NCBI GenBank assembly: GCA_002269645.1
Contig: NIVC01001316.1
Span: 1 to 64,000 of the forward strand
Direction of reading: 5' to 3'
DNA length: 64,000 bases
Origin: Macrostomum lignano
Taxonomy: Eukaryota
A program made the position numbers and the translations under genes. The notes beneath the pieces are model-generated. The model ran no database searches, was not told the DNA's origin, and worked only from the letters and a program-made list of their open reading frames with translations. This document shows, piece after piece, positions 1-11,534 of this stretch (the first letter of the stretch is position 1; the number at the start of each line of letters is the position of its first letter).

Positions 1-30
1 GAGAGAGGGAGAGAGAGAGGGAGAGAGAGC

Positions 31-83
<53 letters not shown>

Positions 84-115
84 GAGAGAGAGAGGGAGAG
101 AGAGAGAGAGAGGAG
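1..115. repeat. (GA)n-type polypurine microsatellite (continues off the left edge)
   Basis: Only G and A in GA/GGA units from position 1 to ~115. Confidence 0.97.
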
Positions 116-181
116 GGCGCCTCCAATCTCAGGCACGGACGGCGTACATGAAAAAGGACAAACAAGTCAAGATGATTTAAG

Positions 182-222
182 TTGCCGATATTTCGAATTA
201 GGTAAATTCTTCGTCAGGGCAA
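182..222 (-). ncRNA. Minimal type I hammerhead ribozyme motif
   Basis: Minus strand reads TTGCC-CTGACGA-A-GAATT-TACCT-AATTC-GAAA-TATC-GGCAA: stem I TTGCC/GGCAA, CUGANGA core, stem II GAATT/AATTC, GAAA, palindromic ATAT stem III, then the UC cleavage site. Confidence 0.85.
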
Positions 223-808
223 GTGAAAAGTAGCGACAAGTGGTGTTGTAAAAGTTATTAAATAGGGGGTTAGAGGGGAGAGAGAGTAGGCAGGTAGATA
301 GAGAGCGTACGGTATGTACACTTGGTGTGAGTCACTATTACCGGTAGAGTTGAAAATGCAAAATAAAAAACAGTGCACAAATACCGGTAAAGTGAACCGC
401 ACGTGGGCTGCAGCGATCCTACACACGAAATAAATAATGGAATAGTGCGACTGCACCGGTGTCTAAAAAGGGGAAAGAGTGACTCTAAACACTTTACAAA
501 ATTGACCTCAATAAATAAATAAGCAGTAAATCAATAAATAAATAAATAAGGTGAAAGGCCCTCAAAAACTTAAAAAAGAGCAATTGTACGATAAGCAAAA
601 GAGTAAAAGTAAAAAGTGTAATAAAAAGTACAGCAGGTGTCAAGAAACAATAGAAATGTTGATGCAGAATAAATGCTGATAATATACAAAAGCTGTGCTT
701 GGGCTAGCGATGAGAATAAAAAAATTTTCTAAGAAAGGAGCAATAAAAGGCTTGTAGGTATCGGCACGGTCTGACAAAGGTAAGTAGTAGGGAAAGTGAA
801 GTAAAAAA

Positions 809-2851
809 TCAAAAGGAAAAATAAAAAAATTCAATCAGTGGTGGACTCCAGTCGACTGGACAGAGCAGCTGCCGGAGGTTCCGCCCTTTGGTGTAGGCGG
901 GCAGCACCGGGCCTCGCAGCACCGGGCCACGCGGTCCTTCACCGCGCCACCAGGGCGTCCGACCTCGCACAATGGGCAGGATCAGCGGGATGGCCGGGTT
1001 GTGCAGCGTGCCGGCAAGCTCGTTGACGCCGTGCGGGGTTTGAGTCTTTAACACCTCGATGAGCTTGGCCTCGTGGCGCTGCCGCCGCTCGTTCGCTCTG
1101 GGTCCCGTGCCGTCACGAGACCAGATGCCGGTGAAGGCGAAGTCCGCCAGACTGTGGCCATCACTGGTGAAATGGCGGGCCACCGGAGTGTCACGGGCGT
1201 GCCGGATGTCGCCGATGTGCGCCAGCATGCGGCCGCGGATGCTGTTGGCGGTCTCGCCTACGTAGATCGTGTGGTCGCATCGGCGGCAGAACACGGCATA
1301 GACGGCGTTGGTGGCGTTGCAGTCGATCGCTGACTGATGATGAGCTGGACTGTCGTGGCTGCTGATCCGGGGCAGACGGAGGCGAACCTGGCGTGTGCCT
1401 GGCAGCACCTGCACAGCCGGGTCGGGTTGCACGGCAGAAAGCCGAATTCCCACCGTCTCGTCGGGTAGAAGCCCAGCTCCGTCAGCATCTCGTACTTGAT
1501 CGTGCGCAGGAACCGCCGATTGTAGCCCTGGTGTTGCACCAGACTTGAAAACAGCCCGGTGCACGCTGCGTCGAAATCGGCCATCAGGGAACACCGCCGG
1601 GCGTATCTGAGGAGCTGGGACTTCACCACGCCCCGGAACGTCCGCTTCGGGTGGAAAGAGTCGCGGTGAATGAGCGTCGGCTGTCGGTCGGCTTAAAATA
1701 CACCTTAGTTGCCAGGCGCTTAACGTCACCCTCGCGGTCCCAGAAGACGGTGGTATCCAGGAAGTTGACCTCGGTGCTGCTGTAGCTCAGCTGCAACCTG
1801 ATGTTCGGTCGAGGCCATCCAGGAGCTCGTGGAAGCGGACCAGCTCGTCTCTCGTTCCGTGCCAGACGCCGAAGATGTCGTCGATGTAGCGCAGCCACAG
1901 GGCGGGCTTCTGCGGGCTGAGCTCCAGGCCCCGCTGCTCCCAGTAGCCCATGTAGATGTTACTGTAGCTGGGCGCAAACGATTTTCCCATGGCCGTGCCT
2001 TTCACTTGCAGAAAAAATTTGCCATCGAACTCGAAGTCGTTGCGCTCCAGGTTCAGCTTGAGCAAACTGAGGAGGCTCGCGTCCGGGCGCCGGGCGTCCG
2101 GGCGCCGGGCGTCCGGGTGCTCTCTGAAGGCCCTCTGTACGCACTCGAGTCCGGCCGCGGTCGGGATGTTAGTGTAAAGGCTGGCGACGTCCATGGTGAA
2201 CAGAAAGGTCTCGCCCCGCGCCGGGCAGGTGATGTCTCTGATGGCCGCCTGGAAATGATCGGTATCCCTGATGAAGCTGGGCAGCTGGATGACGATCGGC
2301 TGCAGGAAGCTGTCGATGAAGCGGCCGCTGGCATATGATTCGCTGTCCACGTCAGACACGATGGGCCGGCCTGGCGGGATGTCGCCGAGCGGCCACGACT
2401 CGGCAGGCTTGTGAATCTTTGGCAGGATGTAAAAGCGTCGCGTCCGGAACTCCTCCTTCGGGCAGAAGGCGGTGAACTGGCGTTTGTCGATAAGCCTGCG
2501 GTCCAGTAGCGACTGGAAGACGGCGCGGATTCTCTGGGCCGTGAAGCGGTTGATCGGCTCGTTCAGAGGCCGGTAGAAGGCCGGGTCGTCCAGCTGACGC
2601 AGGCATTCACGGACATAGTCCTGCCGGTCCAGGATGACCAGCTGGCTGCCCTTGTCGGCCGGCTTGATGACGATGGACTTGTCTGCCCGTAGATCTCGCA
2701 GTGCCTTCGCCTCCGCCTGACTGATGTTAGGAGCGTTCCTGCAGTCCCGGATGTTCTCCCTGACGTCGTCCAGCTCCGCCAGAGCGGCTTGAATTTCGGG
2801 CCGGAGGCGGCTCGGATCGATGCTGGCCGTTGGGCGGCGGGGAAGCGGGGA
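809..2851 (-). pseudogene. PLE reverse transcriptase + GIY-YIG endonuclease, three single-base frameshifts (~1810, ~1670, ~1345)
   Basis: The joined frames give IVIKPADKGSQLVILD, FYILPKIHK, GRPIVS, FTMDVASLYTNIP, GTAMG, WLRYIDDIF, VNFLD, VYFKPTD, PCNPTRLCRCC, and NAVYAVFCRRCDHTIYVGET...R...H (GIY-YIG). The frame is open back to ~2851 but has no start codon. Confidence 0.9.
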
Positions 2852-2938
2852 AGAGAGAGGGAGAGAGGGAGAGAGAGAGGGAGAGAGAGAGGGAGAGAGA
2901 GGGAGAGAGAGGGAGAGAGAGAGAGGAGAGAGAGAGGG

Positions 2939-2969
<31 letters not shown>

Positions 2970-4151
2970 GGGAGAGAGAGAGGCAGAGAGAGGGTGAGAG
3001 AGAGAGAGGGAGAGAGAGGGAGAGAGAGGGAGAGAGAGAGGGAGAGAGAGGGAGAGAGAGAGGGAGAGAGAGGCAGAGAGAGGGAGAGAGAGAGGGAGAG
3101 AGAGAGAGGCAGAGAGAGGGTGAGAGAGAGAGATAGAGAGAGAGGGAGAGAGAGAGGGAGAGAGAGAGGGAGAGAGAGAGGAGAGAGGGAGAGAGAGAGG
3201 GAGAGAGAGGGAGAGGAGGGAGAGAGAGAGGGAGATAGAGGGAGAGAGAGAGAGGGAGAGAGAGAGGGAGAGAGAGGGAGAGAGAGAGGGAGACAGAGAG
3301 AGGCAGAGTTAGAGAGAGTGAGAGGGTGAGAGAGAGTGAGAGAGTCAGATAGAGAGTGAGAGGGAGAGAGAGATAGAGAGAGAGGGAGAGAGAGAGGGAG
3401 AAAGGGAGAGAGAGAGGGAGAGAGAGAGCGAGAGAGAGGAGGAGAGAGAGGGAGAGAGAGAGGGAGAGAGAGAGGGAGAGAGAGGGAGAGAGAGAGGGAG
3501 AGAGAGGGAGAGAGAGAGGGGAGAGAGAGGGAGAGAGAGAGGGAGAGAGAGAGGCAGAGTTAGAGAGAGTGAGAGGGTGAGAGAGAGTGAGAGAGTCAGA
3601 TAGAGAGTGAGAGGGAGAGAGAGATAGAGAGAGAGGAAGAGAGAGAGGGGGAGAGAGAGGGAGAGAGGGAGAGAGAGAGGGAGAGAGAGAGGGAGAGAGG
3701 GAGAGAGAGAGGGAGAGAGAGAGGGAGAGAGAGGGAGAGAGAGAGAGAGAGAGAGGGAGAGAGAGGGAGAGAGAGGGAGAGAGAGAGGGAGATAGAGGGA
3801 GAGAGAGAGAGGGAGAGAGAGAGGGAGAGAGAGAGGAGAGAGAGAGGGAGAGAGAGAGGCAGAGTTAGAGAGAGTGAGAGGGTGAGAGAGAGTGAGAGAG
3901 TCAGATAGAGAGTGAGAGGGAGAGAGAGATAGAGAGAGAGGGAGAGAGAGAGGGGGAGAGAGAGGGAGAGAGGGAGAGAGAGAGGGAGAGAGAGAGGGAG
4001 AGAGGGAGAGAGAGAGGGAGAGAGAGAGGGAGAGAGAGGGAGAGAGAGGGAGAGAGAGAGGGAGAGAGAGAGGGAGAGAGAGAGGGAGAGAGAGGGAGAG
4101 AGAGAGGGAGAGAGAGAGGCAGAGAGAGGGTGAGAGAGAGAGAGGGTGAGA

Positions 4152-4195
<44 letters not shown>

Positions 4196-4414
4196 GGGAG
4201 AGAGAGAGGGAGAGAGAGAGGGAGAGAGAGAGGGAGAGAGAGGCAGAGAGAGGGAGAGAGAGGGAGAGAGAGAGGGAGAGAGAGGCAGAGAGAGGGAGAG
4301 AGAGAGGCAGAGAGAGGGTGAGAGAGAGAGAGGGAGAGAGAGAGGGAGAGAGAGGGAGAGAGAGAGGGAGAGAGAGGGAGAGAGAGAGGGAGAGAGAGGG
4401 AGAGAGAGAGAGAG
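2852..4414. repeat. 1.56-kb (GA)n/(GAGAGAGG)n polypurine tract with recurring variant blocks
   Basis: Nearly pure purine on the plus strand; the variant block GCAGAGTTAGAGAGAGTGAGAGGGTGAGAGAGAGTGAGAGAGTCAGATAG recurs near 3303, 3555 and 3859. Confidence 0.97.
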
Positions 4415-4797
4415 TCAGACGCGTTGACCGCTGAGCTGCCCTGTCCCTGTCCGTTTAGCTCGTACTGCCGGCAGCTGGTACTCAATTTTTTCTGAACTGC
4501 TGATCCCATCACAATTGGAATTTGGAAACATCACAATTAAATTCAGTTGCTGTTATCTGTGGTGGCTTTTGGCTGGTTTATGCGATGTCGCTTGTTGCTT
4601 TCATCTTTCACGGCGTGCCACGAGGCCGAAAATCGCCTCCTAATACAAAGCAAAGCCAAGAGTTGTTTTCAAATGAGTCCTCTGTGACACTGTAGTTGTC
4701 CTGCAGCATTTCGTTTCCCAAATGGATAATGCAGTGTGCTTGTATCAATTCGGAATTGGCACAATGAGTCCGCACCATTGTATAGGTTTTCAACAAC

Positions 4798-5047
4798 AGT
4801 TTATCAGGATGGGGGTCTGATCCCCGCAGGCAACCCATACTGAGCTCAGTTTATCAGGATGGGGGTCTGATCCCCGCAGGCAACTCATACTGAGCTCAGT
4901 TTATCAGGATGGGGGTCTGATCCCCGCAGGCAACTCATACTGAGCTCAGTTTATCAGGATGGGGGTCTGATCCCCGCAGGCAACTCATACTGAGCTCAGT
5001 TTATCAGGATGGGGGTCTGATCCCCGCAGGCAACTCATACTGAGCTC
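4798..5047. repeat. Minisatellite, 50 bp x 5
   Basis: AGTTTATCAGGATGGGGGTCTGATCCCCGCAGGCAAC(C/T)CATACTGAGCTC repeated at a period of 50. Confidence 0.95.
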
Positions 5048-5795
5048 TACTGCTCTCAGGAGTGGCAGTAAAACTGAGCCTACCGGTGGGCTGTGGAGTG
5101 AGCTCGAAGCTTAGCTGAGGCCGATCCCAGGCTGGAGGGTGGAGCTGGGGGCGCAGGGAAAACATGATGAACTTTCCCACGCGGAGAGCACTACTGAGCT
5201 GGCAGCTCAGACCTGCATTATTTACGCCGTACTTGCAGCTCCGCCGGCAGCTCTGGCCCCGATTCCCCCAGACTCCAAATCCGGCTCCCCTGCTGATGGC
5301 GGCCTGCCCAGTGCAATAAGCGCGCGCTGTGCAATCACGGAGAAAAAACTGGCATACAGAATTGAGCTCGAGATAAGCAAGCGGATCAGCCACGGAGCTT
5401 GCGGACGCAAACTCGCCCAATGGATTGGCAAAGCCGCAGTCATTTCTGCCAATAATTTATCCGACCGCCCTATCCACCTGGATAAAACCGTATTTAGCTC
5501 CCATGCCAAGCTTTGGGGTAGCTTTTTTTGCATATCTATTGGGATCGCGGGAGAGGGAGTTGATCTCGTGACAAATTTGTTTGAACTGAATGCAACACCG
5601 GAGCGACTCGCTGTGCCGGAAGCGCTGCTCGCTCACACCGAGAGTTTCACGATTTCTCGATGCTCACGTCACGAAAACCAAAGTACAACCCCAACAATGT
5701 GCGCTCTGTTTCGCTGTTTCTGTGACCTTTACACCATATGTTGTGATTTTTGTTGCTAGGGAAAAAACTCAGGTAGCCAACAATCCCGAACTTAC

Positions 5796-6444
5796 CTGGC
5801 ACCTGTCCAGCAAATGTCACCCAGGTGCCAAGGCCCAGGCAGGAGACCCGAAGTCCGCAGCGGCCCAGGCTGCTGTAGTGCTTCTTCGGGTCCAAGCGGA
5901 ACCCAGGCGGCGCCAGCGACGGCAGCAGCTGCAGCGGCGGCGGCTGCGGCGGCTGCGGCGGCTGCGGCGGCTGCGGCGGCTGCGGGGCGAGCGCCGAGGT
6001 TGCGAAGGCCTGCATAATGGGCGAGGCCTGGCTCGCCTGCGACCAGCCGCCAGTCGGCTGGCCACCTGACGGACGCCGTTGAAGGCCCGAAATGCCGGCA
6101 GTCGCGGCGGGGATGCCGACCACCAGCGGGCTGCGGAGGCTCTCGCGCGGCGTGGCGGGTGACGAGCTCTGGCTTGATCGCCTGCTGCCCAGCGACAGCT
6201 GCTGGTGCACCGCCGGGTGGTGCAGCTGCTGCTGCGGTTGCTGCACGGAAACTGTGCGATGGCTGGCAGCGGTGACGCTGTGCGCCTGCGGCGTGAACGG
6301 AAAGTGCGTGCCCGGCAGCGGCTGGTGCTGCGGCTGCAGCGGGTGCTGCTGGCCGCTGGCGGAGCTGCCGGGCGCCTTGCGCTCACTGGGGCCGCCGCCA
6401 TCGCGGCTGTCAGGCAGGAAGGCGTCCTCGTCGATTGAGTCCAT
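5796..6444 (-). CDS. KCNAB: Coding exon of a voltage-gated K+ channel beta subunit (Kv-beta/Hyperkinetic, aldo-keto reductase fold); later exons lie outside the window
   Basis: [26 protein letters not shown] matches the Kv-beta core start [25 protein letters not shown]. Similarity stops at a consensus donor CCAG|GTAAGT at 5796/5795. A Q/P/A-rich N-terminal region precedes it, with a possible acceptor (CAG) just upstream of 6453. Confidence 0.9.
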
Positions 6445-7158
6445 GCGGGACCCCTGCGGGAAGATGCGATGGAGCTGGGATTGCCCGGGTCCTGCACTGA
6501 CCAGCTAGAATATTTCTCATCAATTAAAAAAGGTATCGCGCAGGCTCTGCTCAGATAGAGAAGCTGCTCAGCATGCAGCTCGTCAGATCTCAAGATTAAG
6601 GAAGACTGGAGGCTGAGAGGCTTGGCTTCGTTTTTTAAATTTATCTTAAAAAATAATAGAAAGCCGTTGTTCCCCAACCCTCCGGCGGGAATTGGAATGG
6701 CATCTCAAGGATCTGCGGGCCCGACCCAGCCTGCTCAGTTCAGCCTGATAGTGCAGGCGAGCCGAGCTGCAGCGAGATGGCAGCGCGGTCCCAAGGGAGG
6801 CCTGCGGATCTGCGGACGCAGTCTGCGGATGCTTCGGTGTCCGCCCTTATGTTTAGAAATGAGGCGGAGACCCCAGGGCTCTGGTGGCCCACGCTGGGAA
6901 GGGAAGACAGTCTGCTGCATCTTCCCATATGCCGTCTCCATTGCATTAGAGCCGAGCATCTGCCCCGGGCACCCAATCTCGCTCTGTCTGCATTAACCTG
7001 AGACTCCGTCTGTCATTGCGGTGCATTCCAATTATCTATCGAGGCATCCAGGTGGCGCTGGCGAAACAGAAATAAAATTGTACTTAAATGAATTGGCGCC
7101 AAGGGCCGTCTCACGCGTGTCAGCGTCGGAATTAACGGATAAGCTCAGACTTGAAAAT

Positions 7159-7493
7159 CCTGAGGCTGTGCGGAGACTCACCACAAACAGGTGCTGGGTC
7201 TCAGTGGCCCAGGAATGCACCTGGGCCTGAGGCTGTGCGGAGACTCACCATAAACAGGTGCTGGGTCTCAGTGGCCCAGGAATGCACCTGGGCCTGAGGC
7301 TGTGCGGAGACTCACCACAAACAGGTGCTGGGTCTCAGTGGCCCAGGAATGCACCTGGGCCTGAGGCTGTGCGGAGACTCACCATAAACAGGTGCTGGGT
7401 CTCAGTGGCCCAGGAATGCATCTGGGCCTGAGGCTGTGCGGAGACTCACCACAAACAGGTGCTGGGTCTCAGTGGCCCAGGAATGCATCTGGG
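7159..7493. repeat. Minisatellite, 67 bp x 5
   Basis: TGAGGCTGTGCGGAGACTCACC... starts at 7161, 7228, 7295, 7362 and 7429. Confidence 0.95.
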
Positions 7494-8387
7494 TGCCACG
7501 CCTTTGAACTGCAGACTGGCTGCTGAGCCTCCAACAAGAGCGACCGGCCTTCGTACCGAAGCTGCTGCCCCCTGCTGACTGCCGCTTAATGCCGCGCGAT
7601 GGGGAGCAGCCTTTCGGACTGTTTGGTTCGCGGGCAGGCAGTTATTGATTCTGCCTGCCGCCACAGCCGCCCCTCCCCTCATATCCGCCTCAGCTCAGCC
7701 TGGGCTGCCGGAGCTGCGAGCGCATTGGACAGAATTAGCAGCAGTGCGGGCAAACCCCGGCTGGCTGATACGGCTGGGCTGCCGGGAGACAAAAGGGGGA
7801 GACGAGGCTGCCTGGGCGCAGACAAGGCGGGTGACAGAGGATTGTAGCGGAGAGGCTGCCTGACAGCCCCACCTGACAGAGTCTCTCTCGTCTCAGCAAA
7901 GGGAACTCATCCTCATTCCCAGCTGCTTCCCGCTGCAATTGCAGGATAAATGTACGCTTTGTTTCGCCCCCTTCCCTGCTGCTGTAAGATATGAACTGCC
8001 AGGAGTTTTCCCATGACAAAATTCCTGCTCGCGGGGAACTCGCTCCAGAGCAGCTGGTGAGGTGGAGTTGCTGGACCCGTGCTAGAAAGCTTGTGCAGCC
8101 TCTAAGCTACAAGCTTGCATGTCCTTAGACCGCACTTCCATCATCATAGATTCGATCTTAGATTTGAGAAGCTTCCTAAAGTGTCGCGTCAGCTTAGTTC
8201 TGCGTTCGGTGAAGCTTTTTCGCCAGCTGCAGTGACTTTTTACGAGTTCCTTCATAGATCCAAGACATTCAAAGCTGATGAAAATTTGGTTGTCAAGCCG
8301 CAATGTGCGAATGCGAAATCCAAAAAAATCTTTAAGCGACTTCAGTAGGTAATAAAACAGTAACTGTGCGGGACTTGTAGTTCTAAC

Positions 8388-8645
8388 CAGGCGCGTCGCC
8401 ACCGGGGGGGACAGGGGGGACATGCCCCCCAGTAAAAGCTATGGGGAGGGACATGCCAATGCTTTGTCCCCCCACCCCACCTTGTGACTCGTTGTGGTAA
8501 TCAATAATTTTTCTTCAGGGCGTCAAAATAGCGCTGACAACACGATTCTCAAAATAATGGAAATGTAGGGAATTTAGTCCTGTACATGTACATGTTGAAT
8601 TCTTGGCTTTGTCCCCCCACCATAAAATCCATGGCGATGCCCCTG
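8388..8645. mobile_element. hAT-type MITE (258 bp)
   Basis: Imperfect TIRs CAGGCGCGTCGCCA / TGGCGATGCCCCTG, 8-bp TSD GTTCTAAC at 8380-8387 and 8646-8653, no ORF. Confidence 0.85.
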
Positions 8646-9198
8646 GTTCTAACGCTAGATATAGTTCGCAAAGCCGTCAACTAATGGTTATTGAATTGAA
8701 GGTAGCTAGTTTGTAAATTAGTGAGTCATGAATTCCCCCATCATCTTGAACCTCAAATTGAAACCGTACACCGCATTAATAAGAGTGCAATCCACCAACA
8801 ACAAAATACACTGTGTACACTGCAGATTGTTTAAAAATTCACTGCTGTATTAGCTACTTAGCGACAAGCTACTTATTAGTAGCAAGTCGAGAACGTGCGT
8901 GTGAATCTATTAAAAAATCAAAAAGCCTGAAAAAAGCCTGAGCTTGAGCTGTAGAGCATCCGGAGTGCATCAAACAGGAGAATAACTCGAACTCTGGGTG
9001 AAATATTGTAGTTCTATGTTTTCAAGTCCACTCAGTTCTACGAGCGTACTTTAAATCTTGTTAGCTCAAATAAATGTACTTTCAGTCCAATACAGTCACA
9101 GGTTTTCCGTCAAGAAGTTGGGCAAAGATTGTCCAGCTGCTGCATCTCAGCTTCTGTGAGGCTCCTGCTGAACACCAGCGACGAGTTCGGCGTGCAGC

Positions 9199-9709
9199 TG
9201 AGGAACCAGCACCGGTGAGGAACCAGCACCGGTGAGGAACCAGCACCGGTGAGGAACCAGCACCGGTGAGGAACCAGCACCGGTGAGGAACCAGCACCGG
9301 TGAGGAACCAGCACCGGTGAGGAACCAGCACCGGTGAGGAACCAGCACCGGTGAGGAACCAGCACCGGTGAGGAACCAGCACCGGTGAGGAACCAGCACC
9401 GGTGAGGAACCAGCACCGGTGAGGAACCAGCACCGGTGAGGAACCAGCACCGGTGAGGAACCAGCACCGGTGAGGAACCAGCACCGGTGAGGAACCAGCA
9501 CCGGTGAGGAACCAGCACCGGTGAGGAACCAGCACCGGTGAGGAACCAGCACCGGTGAGGAACCAGCACCGGTGAGGAACCAGCACCGGTGAGGAACCAG
9601 CACCGGTGAGGAACCAGCACCGGTGAGGAACCAGCACCGGTGAGGAACCAGCACCGGTGAGGAACCAGCACCGGTGAGGAACCAGCACCGGTGAGGAACC
9701 AGCACCGGT
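9199..9709. repeat. Homogeneous minisatellite, 17 bp x 30
   Basis: TGAGGAACCAGCACCGG repeated with essentially no variation. Confidence 0.97.
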
Positions 9710-11534
9710 TTCCTCGAAAAGCCGGAAAGCCTCGAGCCGCCAGAGCTGGACTTGGCCAGCAGTTGGCAGCTGCCGGAGGAATTGTCTCGGAGGCGTTGCT
9801 CAGCAGCTGGCAGCGGTCAGCGAGCTGGTGCAGGCAAAGCTCAGCCAAGTGATGCAACGCTTGCAGCTGTTGGAGATGGCGCATTGCACAGCGCAGAAGC
9901 GGCGGTCGTGACGCCCTGCATCCCCCTGAAGCCTGGCCCCGTTCTGACAGCGGCCAGGTCAGCTGGATCTTTGCTCCTGTGAGCTTTCCATTGAAGGCAC
10001 TTTGGCTTGCGCCGGAGGGATCCAAGCGCCGGGTGCCATCAATGGGCGGATGTTTTTGCCTTTTAGGTCTTGAGAGAATAGGCGGGCTCATGAGCTCTCA
10101 CGACCGTCTTGCCGAGCAGGTCCGCAAGGTCATCAACTTTCTGAAAGGTTGTGGGTACGGCGGTGGTTAGCTGATCTGTCTGGCATTTCAGGAGCTATTG
10201 TCAGTGCTCTGGAAGTTCCTTTTCCACAGGATTGTTGGTTTGGGGCAGGAAAATTGCAACCGAAAGTGAAAGAAGCGACGGCCAGACAGCGGACGCCTCT
10301 CCATCACACGCCTTCTAGTGCTTAATCAGAGGAGCCAGGCCGTGCGAGACGAGGGTGATGTCAAGGACCTCCGTTTATCGCCCTTTGTCGAAAGTGGGAG
10401 TTCCACCTATGTTGCAGATGCAAGCAAGGAGTTCTTCGCCTCTGCAGTCGGAGGTATTGTTGCCGCCTCAGTGGGTGTGGTGAGTGTTACTGTCACCCGT
10501 CACCATCAGCTCAAACATGCAGCTGGAGCAGTAGTTCACGGGGAGCTGAGTTTAGGCGAAACCGAAGGGCCATCGCTAGGGATACTTTAAATAAGTGTCG
10601 ACACAAATATGGCTGCTCTGGGGTTCTCAGGGTTTTAAAACAAGTCAAAACCAGCAGGAATATTCGGAATTTCGAGTACATGGGTTGTCTGCGCATCTTC
10701 CTGCTGGCTCAGGGCGAGTTGTGCAGAAGTGCTGTCTCTACTGCCCTGCTGGTGGGCTCAAGTTCCATGGGTTCCTCCCGGATGGTTTCCACAATGGCAG
10801 CGCCCACATTCTCGGCCCGGTTTTGCCAGAGACCCGCAGTGGCGAGACTGCGCTGGGGGTTACTGTGGTTTCGATCCTTGGCTATACCAGAAGCTGCTTC
10901 GCGCGCTGAGTCGGGTTTGGTGCGGATAGTGCTTCGGCCGGGTCCCCGCCCTTAGTCACGTCCACCGTCGCTGCAGCCCCTAAAAAGGTTGACGTTTTCG
11001 GTGGGGTTATGACGAACAAGAGCTCCCTTTCCTGGGCGTTTTTACCCGACAGAGTCCCGTTCGTCCGTTTGCGCTTCTCCGTTGGCGGTGGACAGGTGGC
11101 GTTTGCACACCTAAAAGACGACGAGACGAGAGAGAGAGTACAAGTACACACGCGGCTGAGGGGTGGTCACACACCCAAGAGCGACGAGAGAGCGCACACA
11201 CGCGAGGGAGGGGCCAGAGCATATTCCCAGGCTAGCCGGGCAGTCCACTAAACAAAAAATACGCGGCTAGTCAGGTGGCTCCACCGTGGCTCCACCTTGG
11301 CTAGCCCTTGTACCCGTGGACTCGGTGGAGCCAATGAGGAGCCACTCGGTGGATCCAATGAGGAGTTAGACAGTTTCCCACGCTAAAAATAGCTTGTTAA
11401 CGGGATCCAGCCGGGCGGCCAAAAATGGGCGCCCAAAGGCTGAAATTGGCGCCGGTATATTAAAATCGGCGCTAAAAAGTAGCAAGCTGATATATGCTGC
11501 CACTTCTACGCCCGTTGGCACATTCCAGCTCTGA

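Larger units (their letters stand above)
116..2851 (-). mobile_element. Penelope-like retroelement (Neptune-type layout: RT, Cys linker, C-terminal GIY-YIG), 5' end lost in or abutting a GA tract
   Basis: RT and GIY-YIG motifs on the minus strand, an AT-rich 3' region with a hammerhead motif, and GA tracts on both sides. Confidence 0.9.

Noticed and set aside
2789-4512. RE-rich and SL-rich ORFs of 60-200 aa
   Set aside because: These are translations of the GA microsatellite. The MMGSAVQKK... ORF shows no PLE N-terminal motifs.
5004-5759. 206-aa plus-strand ORF and overlapping minus-strand ORFs; possible next Kv-beta exon
   Set aside because: No recognisable motifs, and none of the frames I checked gives the expected LAY..GINLFDTAEVY.
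5814-6508. Poly-Ala and Cys-rich ORFs
   Set aside because: Alternate-frame and antisense shadows of the Kv-beta exon.
9199-9709. CRISPR-like appearance of this array and of the 119-bp and 23-bp arrays
   Set aside because: There are no unique spacers, no cas genes, and the context is eukaryotic.
9082-10091. Long repeat-containing ORFs
   Set aside because: They are open only because the 17-mer has no stops, and the flanks show no identifiable domain.
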